DNA of 51,847 nucleotides from Atractiella rhizophila (taxonomy: Eukaryota). Below the pieces are notes generated by a model. It was not told the origin of the DNA. It did not search any database and was given only the letters and a program-made list of their open reading frames with translations. This document shows, piece after piece, positions 11,236 to 24,987 of the stretch (position 1 is the stretch's first letter; the number at the start of each line of letters is the position of its first letter). Location of the stretch: assembly GCA_021432655.1 (NCBI GenBank), contig MU271506.1:1-51847 (forward strand), written 5' to 3'. Both the position numbers and the translations under genes were made by a program.

Positions 11236-11893
11236 ATGAGGGTTTTCACTATTACAGCTATTTTCTCTATCCTAGTTACTTCTGCGGTCGGTACTCCAGT
11301 TCCAGTTGAGCACAGCGTGACGGTCAACCTCGAGAAAAGAGCAGTTCATTTCGGACATGGAAACGTGTTAGTCTTCATCATTCGCCACGATGATGGAGTT
11401 ATTCTGACATCTTTGTAACAGATTCGACACGGAAGGAGGACCAGGAGCTTGCGGAGATCAGAATACAAACAGCGATTTCATCGTCGTCAGTCTACCCACT
11501 CTTTCTTCTTTTAAACGGTTGAACATCAATGGAATGCAGGCAATAGGTGGAACTCTCTGGGAGGAGTTTCAAGCCATTTCTGGGACAACAAATCCGAACC
11601 TGAACCAGGTCTGCGATAGAAAGGTACACTTAACACAGTCACTCGTCGTAAAGGCTGAAACATTGTTGGCTAGATTAACGTCCAGAACCCAAGCACGGGT
11701 AAAAATATCACAGTAACCGTGAAAGACAAGTGAGTTAATTTGACGGAATAAGGACAGCGTTTGCTGATACAAATTTAGGTGCCCTGGTTGTGAGAGGGAT
11801 GACCTCGATTTCACACCGACGCCTTTCGCAACCCTTTTCGATGGGGCTACGACTGGAAAGTTTGACATCAAGTGGGACTTTCTCCCTGATTGA
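11236..11893 (+). CDS. Secreted RlpA-like double-psi beta-barrel (expansin/loosenin-like) protein, paralogue 2
   Basis: Same five-exon layout as 9524-10181: MRVFTITAIFSILVTSAVGTP...LEKR...GPGACGDQNTNSDFIV...VTVKDK|CPGCERDDLDFTPTPF...FDIKWDFLPD*. Confidence 0.9.
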
Positions 11894-12802
11894 AACGCGC
11901 ACGGATTGGGATTGGAACAGTCAGAATGTTGTGACAATAACCTGTGCCAAAAGTGACTGCAACAAAATCCTGGTCCTGTCCTTTCCTTGTAGTGGCGTCA
12001 TTTAGATGTTATCATGTTTACAGCCATTCTATTGTGGGTGAAATTTCAAAAGTGTCCGATTTCTGAGACTGTTTCCACCCTTAACAATGTGCGATTCGAC
12101 TGAAAGAATATAAGCATGAAAGACTGACAAAACCTTGAACCGGTCCCGTTGCGAGAATGTGAAAAATACGCACTGACATAAGGTACAGTCCCGACCCTCC
12201 TTCTGGGTTGACAGACAGAATCCTATCGTATTACTCTCCTTCTCTTCTTGATTGGCTGTAAAATCGCTTCGGTCGGAAAAGCGGGATGAATGATCGACTC
12301 CTGCAAGGGAAGCATCAGTTCAAGCCCTCAAGGAGTGCAAGTCCGCCTAGTCGCTTTGGTAGAAGAGCGAGAATGGAAGCTTTGACATCTAGGTGGAGCC
12401 ATACATGGGTGTGCCTTGCAAGACAATCAGATGGGGAGGAGTGACGACTTGAGGATGCGGAGGTGGATAGTCTTCAGCTTCAGCACGAAATGAATATTAT
12501 CTTGTGCCTTGCTTGTGCCCTGCTTATAACATGCAAAACTGCAATGCTTTGGACGCCGACCTGCTCCTTCAACTTCAATTTTGTAAGTAACGAATATGCC
12601 TCACACTTCAAGTTCTATGGAAGCGGCATCACCGAAACGTGGCTGATGATACGATGATATCCAGTTTTTCTGCAGATAAGTGTGTAATACTTGCTAGCTT
12701 CAGTCTGAACTGAACTCCGCTCATCAACAGCTCTTGCGCAGGCTTCCCGTCGGCTCGTTCATCACTTGTGTCCCAGTTCCCAAAGCTGACGACGAACGCA
12801 AG

Positions 12803-15394
12803 ATGACTTCCCATACTTCAACCTCGACCCCTTCTTCGCAAGGCGTCACTCCCTCCCCCATGCCAAAGCTCCCCTCCTGCGACGCCTGTCGGATGCGTCG
12901 AATACGGTGCGACCGGGCATCTACCTCTCTCGAAGATCCATGCCTGCAGTGTCGGAAACGTAACCTGCGTTGTACGTTAGAGCGGAAGCTGAGTAATGGG
13001 AGGAAGTATAGGAGAGATGGAGAAGTAGTGGCTCTCGCTAGACAGAAGTTTGGCTCGGGTGCTCCGGCTGATGGCAGTGTTCATGGAACTGGAGCTGGGC
13101 TCAAGGTCACGGTCACCCCAATAGCGGAGCAGCGAGCTGTGAAAGAGGTGTTGACCAAAGCTATGAGGAACGTGTTGGTACAGGGTGCGTTAATCCCGTC
13201 TGTGAAAGCTGGGGTGCAATTTGGAGTCTCCTCTTCACAGCACTGAGACAAAAATGTCCCTTCAAGCTGCCGTACAGCACTTACCGTAATTGCCGCTTTA
13301 TCGCTCCTGCTCGGGCGCGGCGCGCTTTCCCTCCGCTTAGCTCATGACTGAGCTGAGCAGAATATCTTTGTGTTTATGCGCGTCTTACGGCTGAGAATGT
13401 TGTTCGCTTATCACTCACTATGCCGACAGAATTTCTTTCGTCGACATATACACCTCTACATCTTTATCCGTGGCAGAAATTTTATCACGCCTTTAACACC
13501 GACACCATGACCCAAGAGCAAGAGTCTCTATCACAGGTGGTTCTGGCAACAGCTTGCAGGTCTTCAAAACTACTTGCGGAGCGTAAAGGTACGCCATTTT
13601 CGGTAACAAAGTCGGCGTATTTGACTGTCCTACAATAGATATTCGTACGTCTGCCTTTAAAGTTGATCCGATAGGTTGTGACTGGAAGCAGGTGCCCAAA
13701 TGTGGGAGTCGACTGTTGCCATGTGCGAATCTAGAGGGATCTTGAAAGGGAATTTGGGCACCGAAACGTTGGCGATGGTAGTTCTACTCATGAATGCCTG
13801 TCAACGTGAGTTAATTTATTGTCTGCTCCTCCGCTGTTAAATTATCGGGACAGATGAACCTGGCTACATTACAACTCTGCGCCTTTATAACGTGCTCGCT
13901 TGTGAGCAGCTCAAGATTTATTTTGAGAACACACCAGCCAAAGGTCAGTCGTCTCCATTTTCGGTCGCAGGTTCTGATAATGTGGCAGATTGGGTCGATG
14001 AGCAAGAACGCAGCGCATATCATGTCTGGGTATGCAGTCCTCGTCGAAAAGAGAGAGCATCGCACTAACCCTTCCTTCAGATCCTCACAAGCCTACTTGC
14101 CGCCAAACTTGGAACCATTCCTCCGTGCGTGTATATCGCTGTCAGCAAGATGCCATAGCTCAATGTGATGTGCAGAATGTGTGTTGTTTCGATGACGCGT
14201 GTGTAGACTAAGGGTTGATCGATACTCTCCAGATCCGAGGACGAATACCTAGAAATATGCACGCCACACAGTTACCAGAACGATGTCACGAAATCGGTAG
14301 CACTACTGGACATGTCTTGGGAAGACCTAGTGCAGTACGCCATGGATAACGGCTCTGAGTTCGTACCCCGTTGTCAGACATCCCTAACTAAACAATATGC
14401 TTGATTACAGAAATTTCAAGCAAGACTGCCGGAACAAAACGCTGGACAGAGAAAACTTGATCATGGAACAGGTCTTCTGGCACATTGCTCTCCCACATCA
14501 CATTGAATCTGCGTTCATTGCTCGCGCGATCGCCAGCGACCTCACTTGCCGTTCAGCCCGCCGAAAACCACTCAGTCGTGACAAAATTTCAACCATCATC
14601 TCAAGACTGTACTTCTTCGAGCTCACCATTCCATTCGTTATCAAAAACTTCGCTCGCCTTCCTTCCAGCTATAAGGTTTTCAACCCAGCATTTTACATGC
14701 TTTTCATGAAAGCATCGTTTGCCTATCTCACATCTGTTGTCCATGTCACCCTGACGGAACGTCTTGGGGAGGGGTCTGATTGGGAGGAATGCTATGGCCT
14801 TTCACTCAGGCTGGCGATAGATGCTGGTCGATACTTGGCGCATACGATGAACGTCCGTTTCTATTTCTCAATCCCTTCGCTATGGCTGAATTTGCAGTAG
14901 GAAACGATGATTTTAGGTCCGTCTTGAGACAGTCTTACGGTTTATGAAAGCTCATGTGGAGGTTTAGGTGGAGGAGGAGGGTCATATCTAGCATTTACCA
15001 TTCTACAAGACTACATTCCGACTCTCGTCGACATCTTGATTGCTGCTCCTGTTCAGGAACATCCTAATGGATCCGACCCTCAGTTTCAAAGTCACTTTCC
15101 TCCTTTCACCCTTGAACGCAAAATTGAGGAGTTAGGATGGTTTGTCGTTTGCTCCTATTGTTATCGTTGTTAAATATCTGCGGTAGGATAAAAGATGGTC
15201 TAGAGGACTATAAAACGTCATGGGACCATGCTTGGATCGTTCAAAGCATCTCCATTATTGAGGTTGCAGTATTGAACTTAAAGTCTGACCGAGAATCCCA
15301 GTTACCGCCAGTCAACGTCTCAATCAATCTCAATGATATTCTAGCAGGCATTGGGCTTCCTCCGTGGAATGCAAATTTGGCTGAATTTTCGTGA
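12803..15394 (+). CDS. Zn(II)2Cys6 fungal transcription factor
   Basis: SCDACRMRRIRCDR...PCLQCRKRNLRC fits the CX2CX6C..CX2CX6C binuclear cluster. Downstream exons (13430-13590, ~14410-14850, ~15190-15394) fit a helical middle region; internal exon borders approximate. Confidence 0.82.
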
Positions 15395-15486
15395 TATTTG
15401 GGTATTTGCATTTCTTATCCGTGTATTGAGTGGCCGCGCATTTTGTGTACATTAGAAACTTATCGCTAATTTAACTCCTCCTACAG

Positions 15487-17283
15487 TCAACATGAACATC
15501 TAGCTACAGCTTGATACATGTGTGTGCTGAAAGTATGAAGAATTAGAAGACAAACCAACCGAGAACAAGAACGAAGTTTTCCCTGCCATCCATGGCGGAC
15601 ATAAATAAATCTGCGACTGTCAAGATCAAGGACTGCTGTCATGCTTCCACTGCTTTTGCCTACGAGGGATGAGTTACGATCTGCTGTTAAAGCACGGAGA
15701 GCGTACTCAAATTCCAATTGATCATCTTCCATCCTCCGCTGAATATTGACCATGACCCGATCACCGCTTTTCAAATCCTGCAAAACATGAGCCGGTGGTG
15801 CCTGCACTGCGGTGAGCGGATAGTCTTTCTGCGTCCCTATTCCAGTCTCATGGCCGCGATTGCTAGTATTGAAGATAGAAGGGGGCAGTCCCGCGTGGGA
15901 GGAGGAGTTATGCATCCTGTACTGAGGTGCGCGGAGATTGAGTACGACGCGAGCAGCCATCATTGTTGCGACGATGAGGGCCAGTGGGGTCTGTGAAACA
16001 GTCAGCTTGACTTGCTTTGGACCTTAGAATTGGACTAAGAGGATTACGTTGAAAGCGTTATTCGTTCTATTGTGGAAGTCGTCAGTTATCTGTCTCAACT
16101 GTGGTATACCGGAACAGCTTACACTCCGGGAACGAGAAAGTATACTAGGTTAACCACATTCCTTTCCTATATCTTTCAGTTTTCTAGCCGAAAGAGAGTG
16201 AAAACTAGGGTGGCATACACTGCGACAGAAACTGCGAAAAATATGGCTCCATCCCTACATGTCATCGTCAGCTGCAAGACACTAACTTGGCATAAAGGGG
16301 TGGCGGTACCGCAAGAAAGCCTCAAGAAGAGGGGTGCGCCCCCCAGTCTTATAATACTTGTACAGAGGAACAAGGGTTAAACTGAAGACGACAGTGTCGT
16401 AGAGGAGGGGGAGGGCCCAAAGAACCTAGAGTTCCAGCGAAGGATGGTGCATGAGCGTACCAATGTCGGAGGGCGAGGGAAAAAAGAGATAGAGAGACGC
16501 GCCCACATATAGGACACTCCAGCGTTTGAGATGCATCCTTTAAGGCCAAACCCGTCCGGAATGGGGACTGGTTTGTCCTACCACGACTCCTTCAGTTTAG
16601 AACAGAACGATATGTGAGCGCCTACCTGAACAGATATGAAAATCTTGACCGCTGCTGCAGTAAAGCTGAGGGTGCCGAGGCCATACGCGATCCGCTTGTT
16701 TTGGTTCCAAATCTGAGAAAGAGGCCAGCTCATTAATCAGAGAGGCTCCTATACAAGCGAAGGAACGAACAGCGTAGACTCTTGCTCCGAGAAGAAATTC
16801 ATTAGAGACAACGAGAAGCAAACCCCATACTGTGCAGATGATTAGGTAAATACTGCTGAAAAGGGGATTCGAGAATGACGAACCAGGCTGGATGAAGTGA
16901 AGGTGTTTGCATTTTCCCGCAGGGATCTCAGTCCATAAAGTAACCATCAAAAGGACCTGAAAACAATTCTGTTAGCCCCGTACAAATTACGAACTTTTCG
17001 AATTAGACGCACAGCCAACCCGATCCCCCAATACCTATTGAAAAAGAATACGAAACGAACGGGAGTCCAACGTTCGGCTTTCCACATTTTCGAGTATTCC
17101 ATGTGGAAAGTAATGATGTACTCCCAGACGTAGACCTGTAGGATAACAATTCAGGGCAAGAAGGGTTTGCACCGGGAAGTATACCGCAACGACTGCAGTG
17201 AGGTAAACGCGGGTATCACTCAAGACTTTGTCTAGAAAGAGTATTTGAGTTGGAATGGTAACAGTCGTAGTTGGGTCAGCCAT
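15487..17283 (-). CDS. Multi-pass membrane protein, DUF6533-like basidiomycete family
   Basis: MADPTTTV...YLTAVVAV|YAWEYIITFHMEYSKMWKAERWTPVRFVFFFNRY matches the YDY-lTF..E...+W...W+....LF..NRY pattern. Later LGARVYA, RDGAIFF and MAARVVLNLR are typical of these proteins. 3' end approximate. Confidence 0.8.
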
Positions 17284-18522
17284 CTTCGGGTTGAAAGAAA
17301 GCGGTAGAAAGCAGAACGTTGAAGAGGCGGATCTGCAGCTCGTAAAGGCCAAACACCACTTCCCACGTCGAAAAAGACAGACTTGAGTATCTTGCTATCA
17401 GCCATGATCCTATTTATGCCCTGCTTCAAGCTCAGCCTCAAACTCCCCCTGATAGAACTCACCGATCTCAGTTCGGTGGATCATGCCTACGCTGCTCGAC
17501 TGATTGAATACTTCTGGAGGATCGGGGGTTGCGGCAGCACGGTGACGCTATGTTTACTCGCTCTCCCCTCTTTCCACTTCCACACGCCAGGACTCGGGAG
17601 ATAGGCTATTGTTGCACCTAGTCATTTAAAAAGAGGAGGATGAGGGTGGTGGAAACGCTTATGCCATGGCTGGACGCCGACTCCAGCAGTGTCATGCTGC
17701 TACATAAAGCATAAAGCATAGGAATGCCGACTTGTGCGTCTCAAAGTACGACGGTGTAGGGGTAAAGGCGCCTGCGGTTCTGACAGTTCCTTACAGTTCC
17801 TTACAGTACCCACCGATCCAGCTGATGCCTCACGCGACAGAACACAAGAAGCATTGATTCTGATGGCAAATCTCATGACACTCACGTGGACCAGTGAGGT
17901 AAAGCCGTCTTGCTTTACTTCACGACATGTTATCGAAAATCCTTATTCGCTCTTTCGCAGTAGCTTCGCATGTTCAAAGTATTTTTCAACGGCGATAAAT
18001 CACCCTTGCAGGTTGAAGCAGCAACTTCATGGGAAATGATTAGCGCAACACTCCACTTTCATATGAGAAGTTGCAGAATTTCGAACCCTCAGGCAGTCAT
18101 GCACTTTCACGCTCCAATGACAGATTTAATGAACACAAGGAAGTGCGCACGCTACCCGCCTCCAATTTGCTACACCTTCCCTGGGATCTCTTGAGAGGTA
18201 CTCCGCAAGTACAGCTCCGCCTGTACGAAGCTGTCAAAATTATTTTTAGTTGAATGTGCCCAGGAGAGTTACGATTAGCAAAGCAATCCGTAAGTCAAGA
18301 AAACCGCACAATCATGGTGGTGTGGTGATGGACAATGGAAGGGCAGAAGTGGCAGGCGAGCACCCAAGTTCAGACCTTTCTTACACGAAGTGGAGCCACA
18401 AAGTTTGACTTGAGCTCCACTCGATGGACCATCCATAGCATGACCGTGCCGAGCTGACCTGGCATCTCGCTTCAGATTCCTCTCGACCTACAAAAGGAGC
18501 TGGCTCTTGCAGAGGGCAGCAA

Positions 18523-18686
18523 ATGTCGACGTCCATTCGTAAATTCGCCACTTACGCCATTCTCCCCCTCGTCCTCTCTACGGTCACATACTACTACTTC
18601 CAGCCATCTCCCATGTCTTTCCAACGCATAGTCAAATCCAACGCTCTCTTTCGTCCAGCCTCCCCTCCCGTATCGCTCTTTCTGGG
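18523..18686 (+). pseudogene. Truncated 5' fragment of the SDR gene created by the duplication
   Basis: MSTSIRKFATYAILP...VSLFLG matches 20376 onward, then breaks at the junction inside the GGTSGVG motif. Confidence 0.8.
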
Positions 18687-19150
18687 AAACCCCATACTGT
18701 GCAGATGATTAGGTAAATACTGCTGAAAAGGGGATTCGAGAATGACGAACCAGGCTGGATGAAGTGAAGGTGTTTGCATTTTTCCGCAGGGATCTCAGTC
18801 CATAAAGTAACCATCAAAAGGATCTGAAAACAATTCTGTTAGCCCCGTACAAATTACGAACTGTTCGAATTAGACGCACAGCCAACCCGATCCCCCAATA
18901 CCTATTGAAAAAGAATACGAAACGAACGGGAGTCCAACGTTGGGCTTTCCACATTTTCGAGTATTCCATGTGGAAAGTAATGATGTACTCCCAGACGTAG
19001 ACCTGTAGGATAACAATTCAGGGCAAGAAGGGTTTGTACCGGGAAGTATACCGCAACGACTGCAGTGAGGTAAACGCGGGTATCACTCAAGACTTTGTCT
19101 AGAAAGAGTATTTGAGTTGGAATGGTAACAGTCGTAGTTGGGTCAGCCAT
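18687..19150 (-). pseudogene. Truncated 5' fragment of the DUF6533-like gene created by the duplication
   Basis: MADPTTTV... and the next exons repeat 16820-17283 and end at the junction. Confidence 0.8.
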
Positions 19151-20375
19151 CTTCGGGTTGAAAGAAAGCGGTAGAAAGCAGAACGTTGAAGAGGCGGATC
19201 TGCAGCTCGTAAAGGCCAAACACCACTTCCCACGTCGAAAAAGACAGACTTGAGTACCTTGCTATCAGCCATGATCCTATTTATGCCCTGCTTCAAGCTC
19301 AGCCTCAAACTCCCCCTGATAGAACTCACCGATCTCAGTTCGGTGGATCATGCCTACGCTGCTCGACTGATTGAATACTTCTGGAGGATCGGGGGTTGCG
19401 GCAGCACGGTGACGCTATGTTTACTCGCTCTCCCCTCTTTCCACTTCCACACGCCAGGACTCGGGAGATAGGCTATTGTTGCACCTAAAGAGGAGGATGA
19501 GGGTGGTGGAAACGCTTATGCCATGACTGGACGCCGACTCCAGCAGTGTCATGCTGCTACCTAAAGCATAAAGCATAGGAATGCCGACTTGTGCGTCTCA
19601 AAGTACGACGGTGTAGGGGTAAAGGCGCCTGCGGTTCTGGCAGTTTCTTACAGTACCCACCGATCCAGCTGATGCCTCACGCGACAGGACACAAGAAGCA
19701 TTGATTCTGATGGCAAATCTCATGACACTCACGTGGACAAGGGAGGTAAAGCCGTCTTGCTTTACTTCACGACATGTTATCGAAAATCCTTATTCGCTCT
19801 TTCGCAGTAGCTTAGCATGTTCAAAGTATTTTTCAACGGAGATAAATCACCCTTGAAGGTTGAAGCAGCAACTTCATGGGAAAATGATTAGCGCAACACT
19901 CCACTTTCATATGAGAAGCTGAAGACATTCGAACACCGTCAGGCAGTCATGCACTCTCACGCTCCAATGACAGATTTAATGAACACAAGGAAGTGCGTAC
20001 GCTATCCGCCTCCAAATTTGCTACACCGTCCCTGGGATCTCTTAAGAGGTACTCCGCAAGTACAGCTCCGCCTGTACGAAGCTGTCAAAATTATTTTTAG
20101 TTGAATGTGCCCAGGAGAGTTACGATTAGCAAAGCAATCCGTAAGTCAAGAAAACCGCACAATCATGGTGGTGTGGTGATGGACAATGGAAGGGCAGAAG
20201 TGGCAGGCGAGCACCCAAGTTCAGACCTTTCTTACACGAAGTGGAGCCACAAAGTTTGACCGTTGAGCTCCACTCAATGGACCATCCATAGCATGACCGT
20301 GCCGAGCTGACCTGGCATCTCGCTTCAGATTCCTCTCGACCTACAAAAGGAGCTGGCTCTTGCAGAGGGCAGCAA

Positions 20376-21429
20376 ATGTCGACGTCCATGCGTAAATTCG
20401 CCACTTACGCCATTCTCCCCCTCGTCCTCTCTACGGTCACATACTACTACTTCCAGCCATCTCCCATGTCTTTCCAACGCATAGTCAAATCCAACGCTCT
20501 CTTTCGTCCAGCCTCCCCTCCCGTATCGCTCTTTCTGGGCGGCACGAGCGGTGTAGGGGAGGGAATGGCGACCAAGCTTGCTCAACAGACCGGAGGGCGA
20601 GCGCACATCATTCTGCTTGGACGGAACGAAGAGAAAGCGAAACAGATAATGCAAAGCTGGCCCAAACACGAAGAGGGAAAGGCGGAATTCGTCAAGTGCG
20701 ACGTTGCCGACTTGACCCAAGTCCGAGAGGTGACCAAGGACTTGAAAGGGAGATTAGAGAAGATCAACTTCCTCGTACTTTCTCCAGGGCTCTTGACAAT
20801 GCAAGGATACACACCTACGAAGGACGGGCTGGATTATAAGCTCCAACTACATTACTTTTCTCGTTTCCGGTTCGCATACGATCTGATAGATTTGGTCGAC
20901 GAGGCAGCGAAGAGAGGGGAGAAAGCCTCACTCATTTCCATCCTAGATGGTGCCGGACGCGGTGGGAAGGTATTTGAGGAAGATCTTGGACTTGAGAAGA
21001 ACTACTCTTTGAAAAATGCGGCAGGGACAGCAATCACGTATAACGACATCATGGTTTCTGTATGCCTTTCCTCTTCCTCGAGACGACAACTGACGCGCGA
21101 CTGCTTCCTAACAGGAATTCTCTCGCCGCTATCCCTCCATCTCAGCATTCCACATCCTCCCCGGCTTCGTCTGGACACCAATCATGAATGGCCTCCCCCG
21201 AGCAGTCACGCTTATCGGACCTCTCTTCAAACCGTTCGCGAGGAGCATAGAGCAGGCGGCGGAATGGATGTGGTACCGTCCTTGGTCAAGTGAGGAGGCG
21301 TGGAGCAAAGGAGCCTGGAGCTTGAACGACAAAGCTGAACTGGGTACTGAGAATAAACATGTTGATGAAAGGATACGGAAGTTGGTTTGGGATTTTAGTG
21401 TAGAGGTCACAGAAGGCAAGAAGGAATAG
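20376..21429 (+). CDS. Short-chain dehydrogenase/reductase (NAD(P)-binding Rossmann fold)
   Basis: LFLGGTSGVGEG, ILLGRN, FVKCDVADL, INFLVLSPG, LQLHYFSRF and FHILPGFVWT motifs; one intron ~21054-21114. Confidence 0.92.
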
Positions 21430-21685
21430 GGGCGGAGGATTTGTTCATATCGACCATGACTGTTAGCTTTAATCGGATTTTAGACCTATGGTAGTTGAGG
21501 ATGTCAAATATTTCATGAGTGTTCAGGACCAATGCAACCAGCTTTTGTGCCTCCAGGCACCTAATTACAGAGTTCTAGATTCAGACGGCTAGGAGAGAGA
21601 TAGACTCTTCGCAATTTGTCACGTATTATGCCTATCTTGAGGCAGAAATAATGAATATGGAACAGTGTAATATCACCATAAGTCT

Positions 21686-22899
21686 TCAGACCGCGTGGGA
21701 GGAAATACCTCCTACATCAAAAGGGATTCCCCACCAAATTAGGTGGCGAAACCTTGGGTATCAAACCTCCCAGAACTTCTTCAGTACGAAAGGAGATTCC
21801 ATCGAGAAGTTTCTGAACGAGCGCCTCGTCGATACTGTCTGAAATCGTAATCTTTCCCACACTGATCGTGACAGGAGTCTGCCACATCCCGTACGATCCC
21901 CTGTCGCCCCAAATCTCATTAGCCTCTTTTCATTCACCAAGGCGAGCATAATACCACTTGGGCTCAGTTACAACTCCATCCCATGTTGGACAACGCGCAA
22001 CTGTACTCCCCGTAGTGAGGACTTGCTTCGCCCCATCCATCCAGAGCTCGGTAATACCAATCTCGTTGGTTCTTCCCGTCGTGATTCGGACCGTGAGACT
22101 GTACCATGTCTCTGCTATAGCTTCCGTTTGCCAAAGAGCGACATATTCTGATTGAGTCGGTTTGTTATACTGCTATCTCGTATTAGGATGCAGTCAATGA
22201 AGGGACGGTTACGGACATATGTCAATGTCTTTCCATACGGGTCCACCATGAATTGAAGGGGTATTCCCACCATATCAGAATCTTCGGTCTTGCCATATTG
22301 GCGAAATTGCCATCTAGTGTGATACTTAATCAACAGTGGAAATGACGGAAAGGAGACGACGTGCACACGATTCGTCCGCACCGAACACGCCCGATCAGGG
22401 TTTTCACAACGGAGGTTGGATGGCGGGAGGTTATCCATCTTAAATGACCTGACCGATGATATTCTGTTATTCTTTCCAATTAGATAAGATTGAAACGCTA
22501 ACCAAGAGATGTAATAGGTCTCCCCCTCCACAAAATCTACACCCTTCGCACCAGGTACTTCAGAACGATCATGTTTGGGGCCACTCCAAAAGGTGTAAGC
22601 TCCATTTACTACTTTGAATGAGTTTCTAAGTGTTTGGGTATTGCCGTTGCACCTCGGGTATTCTACTTTATCACTCAGTACTGGAGCTTCGGATGGAGAA
22701 GCGAAAGTAGAGACGTTTGGGACATGTGTTGAGATTCAGGAGCCCGATATCTTGCACCTATTTCTTTTTGATGAAAATTGAGAAGCAGGGAGAAAGAGAT
22801 TACTGTTGCGTTAGGCAGCGACGGGTCGTATGTCGCCAAAATCCTCCCGCGGCAGAAATAGAAAAGGCAACTGAGGGAAAGAAGAAAGTGACTCAACAT
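21686..22899 (-). CDS. Secreted beta-jelly-roll polysaccharide-lyase-like protein (PF14099/PL7/PL20-like), paralogue A
   Basis: Manual splicing: signal peptide...YDPSLPNAT|VQDIGLLNLNTCPK|QYPRC...HDRSEVPGAKGVDFVEGETYYISW|SFKM...TNRV|WQFRQY...IPLQFMVD...|WYSLTVRITTGRTNEIGITELWMDG...RCPTWDGVVTEPKW|GSYG...VGKITISD...HAV*. RxE, QFx and KWGxYG resemble jelly-roll lyase motifs. Confidence 0.72.
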
Positions 22900-23636
22900 A
22901 CCGAGTCTCTAAGATATGACGGAAAGAAGGAAGGATCTCTTGCTGTATATGTACCATGGACTGGAGAGAGGGAGGAATTAGGAACTACCTCTAGCGGGAT
23001 ATCGAGATGTAAATCGCCCGCTGCTCAAGCGCCATCTAGAACATAACGGGAGCAGGTCACTGCTAACATAAATTTATCCTGCAGTTCTTTTGGCCCCCAA
23101 ATTTGTCCAAGTTGAGAAAGAGAAAATGGGTCCAGATTCCGTCACCGAGTAGAAAGATTCTTACAGACCATTTTGAGAGCAAGATCAGGAAACGGCTCCA
23201 CTGCACTTGAGAGCTGCCCCTCGCTGGCGCTGAGTTTCCTCAAGAAGAAGAAAACTAGGACAGTGCCTTCTTCCGGAGTATTTGGTGACTCTGCCGGGGC
23301 AATTGCAGCGAAAGGATGCTGAAGGAACAGCTTTATCCCAAAGTCATTTTCATAGCAATGAAATGGACCAACAGTGCATGTCTCAATGGCCCAGCTTCCA
23401 ACGTCTTCAGTTGGTTCCTATAGCCTCGACTCTCTTCGCCACCTCGATCCACATCTCATTTGACATTCATCGCATCCACAACCTGAAAACTTGGCCCAAC
23501 TGAGTCTGGCGGGGTCGGCTCTCGGTCATTTGGGCTAATCAGATTTCCTATCATCCCTCAACCAACCCCGCATTGCAAGGGCAGCCAGCAGCCAGCAGGC
23601 AGAAGGAGAACAAAGATACACGGAATAAGGCAAGAC

Positions 23637-23828
23637 ATGGCACCACCATCGAAGAAGCGACGCATTTCACCCCCTCCATTTCCCCTTCCTTCTTCCACAG
23701 TTCACTCAGCTGCAGGGTATGTCGAGTCTCCCTCAGTCTCCGAATGGGTTGATGGCTTCTGGTTCGTCTCTTTCTCCAAACTTACTCTTGTGGCTGTTGC
23801 TTCATATATTCATGAAACGACATAGGCA
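23637..23828 (+). pseudogene. Truncated first exon and intron of the NF-YC-like gene
   Basis: MAPPSKKRR...DGFW matches 24988 onward and is cut at the junction. Confidence 0.8.
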
Positions 23829-24231
23829 CGCTAACCAAGAGATGTAATAGGTCTCCCCCTCCGCAAAATCTACACCCTTCGCACCATGTACTTCGGAACG
23901 ATCATGTTTGGGGCCACTCCAAAGGTGTAAGCTCCATTTACTACTTTGAATGAGTTTCTAAGTATTTGGGTATTGCCGTTGCACCTCGGGTATTCTACTT
24001 TATCACTCAGTACTGGAGCTTCGGATGGAGAAGTGAAAGGAGAGACGTTTTGGACATGTGTTGAGATTCAGGAGCCCGATGTCTTGCACCTATCTCTTTT
24101 TGATGAAAATTGAGAAGCAGGGAGAAAGAGATTACTGTTGCGTTAGGCAGCGACGGGTCGTATGTCGCCAAAATCCTCCCGTGGCAGAAATAGAAAAGGC
24201 AACTGAGGGAAAGAAGGAAGTGACTCAACAT
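23828..24231 (-). pseudogene. Truncated 5' fragment of lyase-like paralogue A
   Basis: Repeats the first three exons of 22495-22899 and ends at the junction. Confidence 0.8.
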
Positions 24232-24987
24232 ACTGAGTCTGTAAGATATGACGGAAAGAAGGAAGGAGCTCTTGCACTGTATATATACATGGACTGGAGA
24301 GAGGGAGGAATTAGGAACTACCTCTAGCGGGATATCGAGATGTAAATCGCCAGCTGCTCAAGCGCCATCTAGAACATAACGGGAGCAGGTCACTGCTAAC
24401 GTAAATTTATCCTGCAGTTCTTTAGGTCCCCAAATTTGCTCAAGTTGAGAAAGAGAAAATGGGTACAGATTCCGCCACCGAGTAGAAAGATTCTTACAGA
24501 CCATTTTGAGAGCGAGATCAGGAAACCGCTCCACTGCATTTGAGAGCTACCTCTCGCTGGCGCTGAGTTTCCTCAAGAAGAAGAAAACTAGGACAGTGCC
24601 TTCTTCCGGAGTATTTGATGACTCTGCCGGAACAATTGCAGCGAAAGGATGCAGAAGGAACACCTTTATCCAACGTCATTTTCATAGCAATGAAATGGAC
24701 CAACAGCGCATGTCTCAATGGCCCAGCTTCCAACGTCTTCAGTTGGTTCCTGTAGCCTCGACTCTCTTCACCACCCTCGATCCACATCCCATTTGACATT
24801 CATCGCATCCACAACCTCAAAACTTGGCCCAATTGAGTCTGGCGGTGTCGGCTCTCGGTCATTTGGGCTAATCAGATTTCCTATCATCCCTCACCAAACC
24901 CAGCATTGGACACTGAGCGTATGGTGTGTGTCTCAAGGACAGCCAGTAGGCAGAAGGAGAACAACGATACACGGAATAAGGCAAGAC

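Larger units (their letters stand above)
16820..20539. repeat. Tandem duplication, ~1.86 kb unit (16820-18686 and 18687-20539)
   Basis: Near-identical copies with scattered substitutions and small indels; junction TTCTGGG|AAACCCCATAC. Confidence 0.95.
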
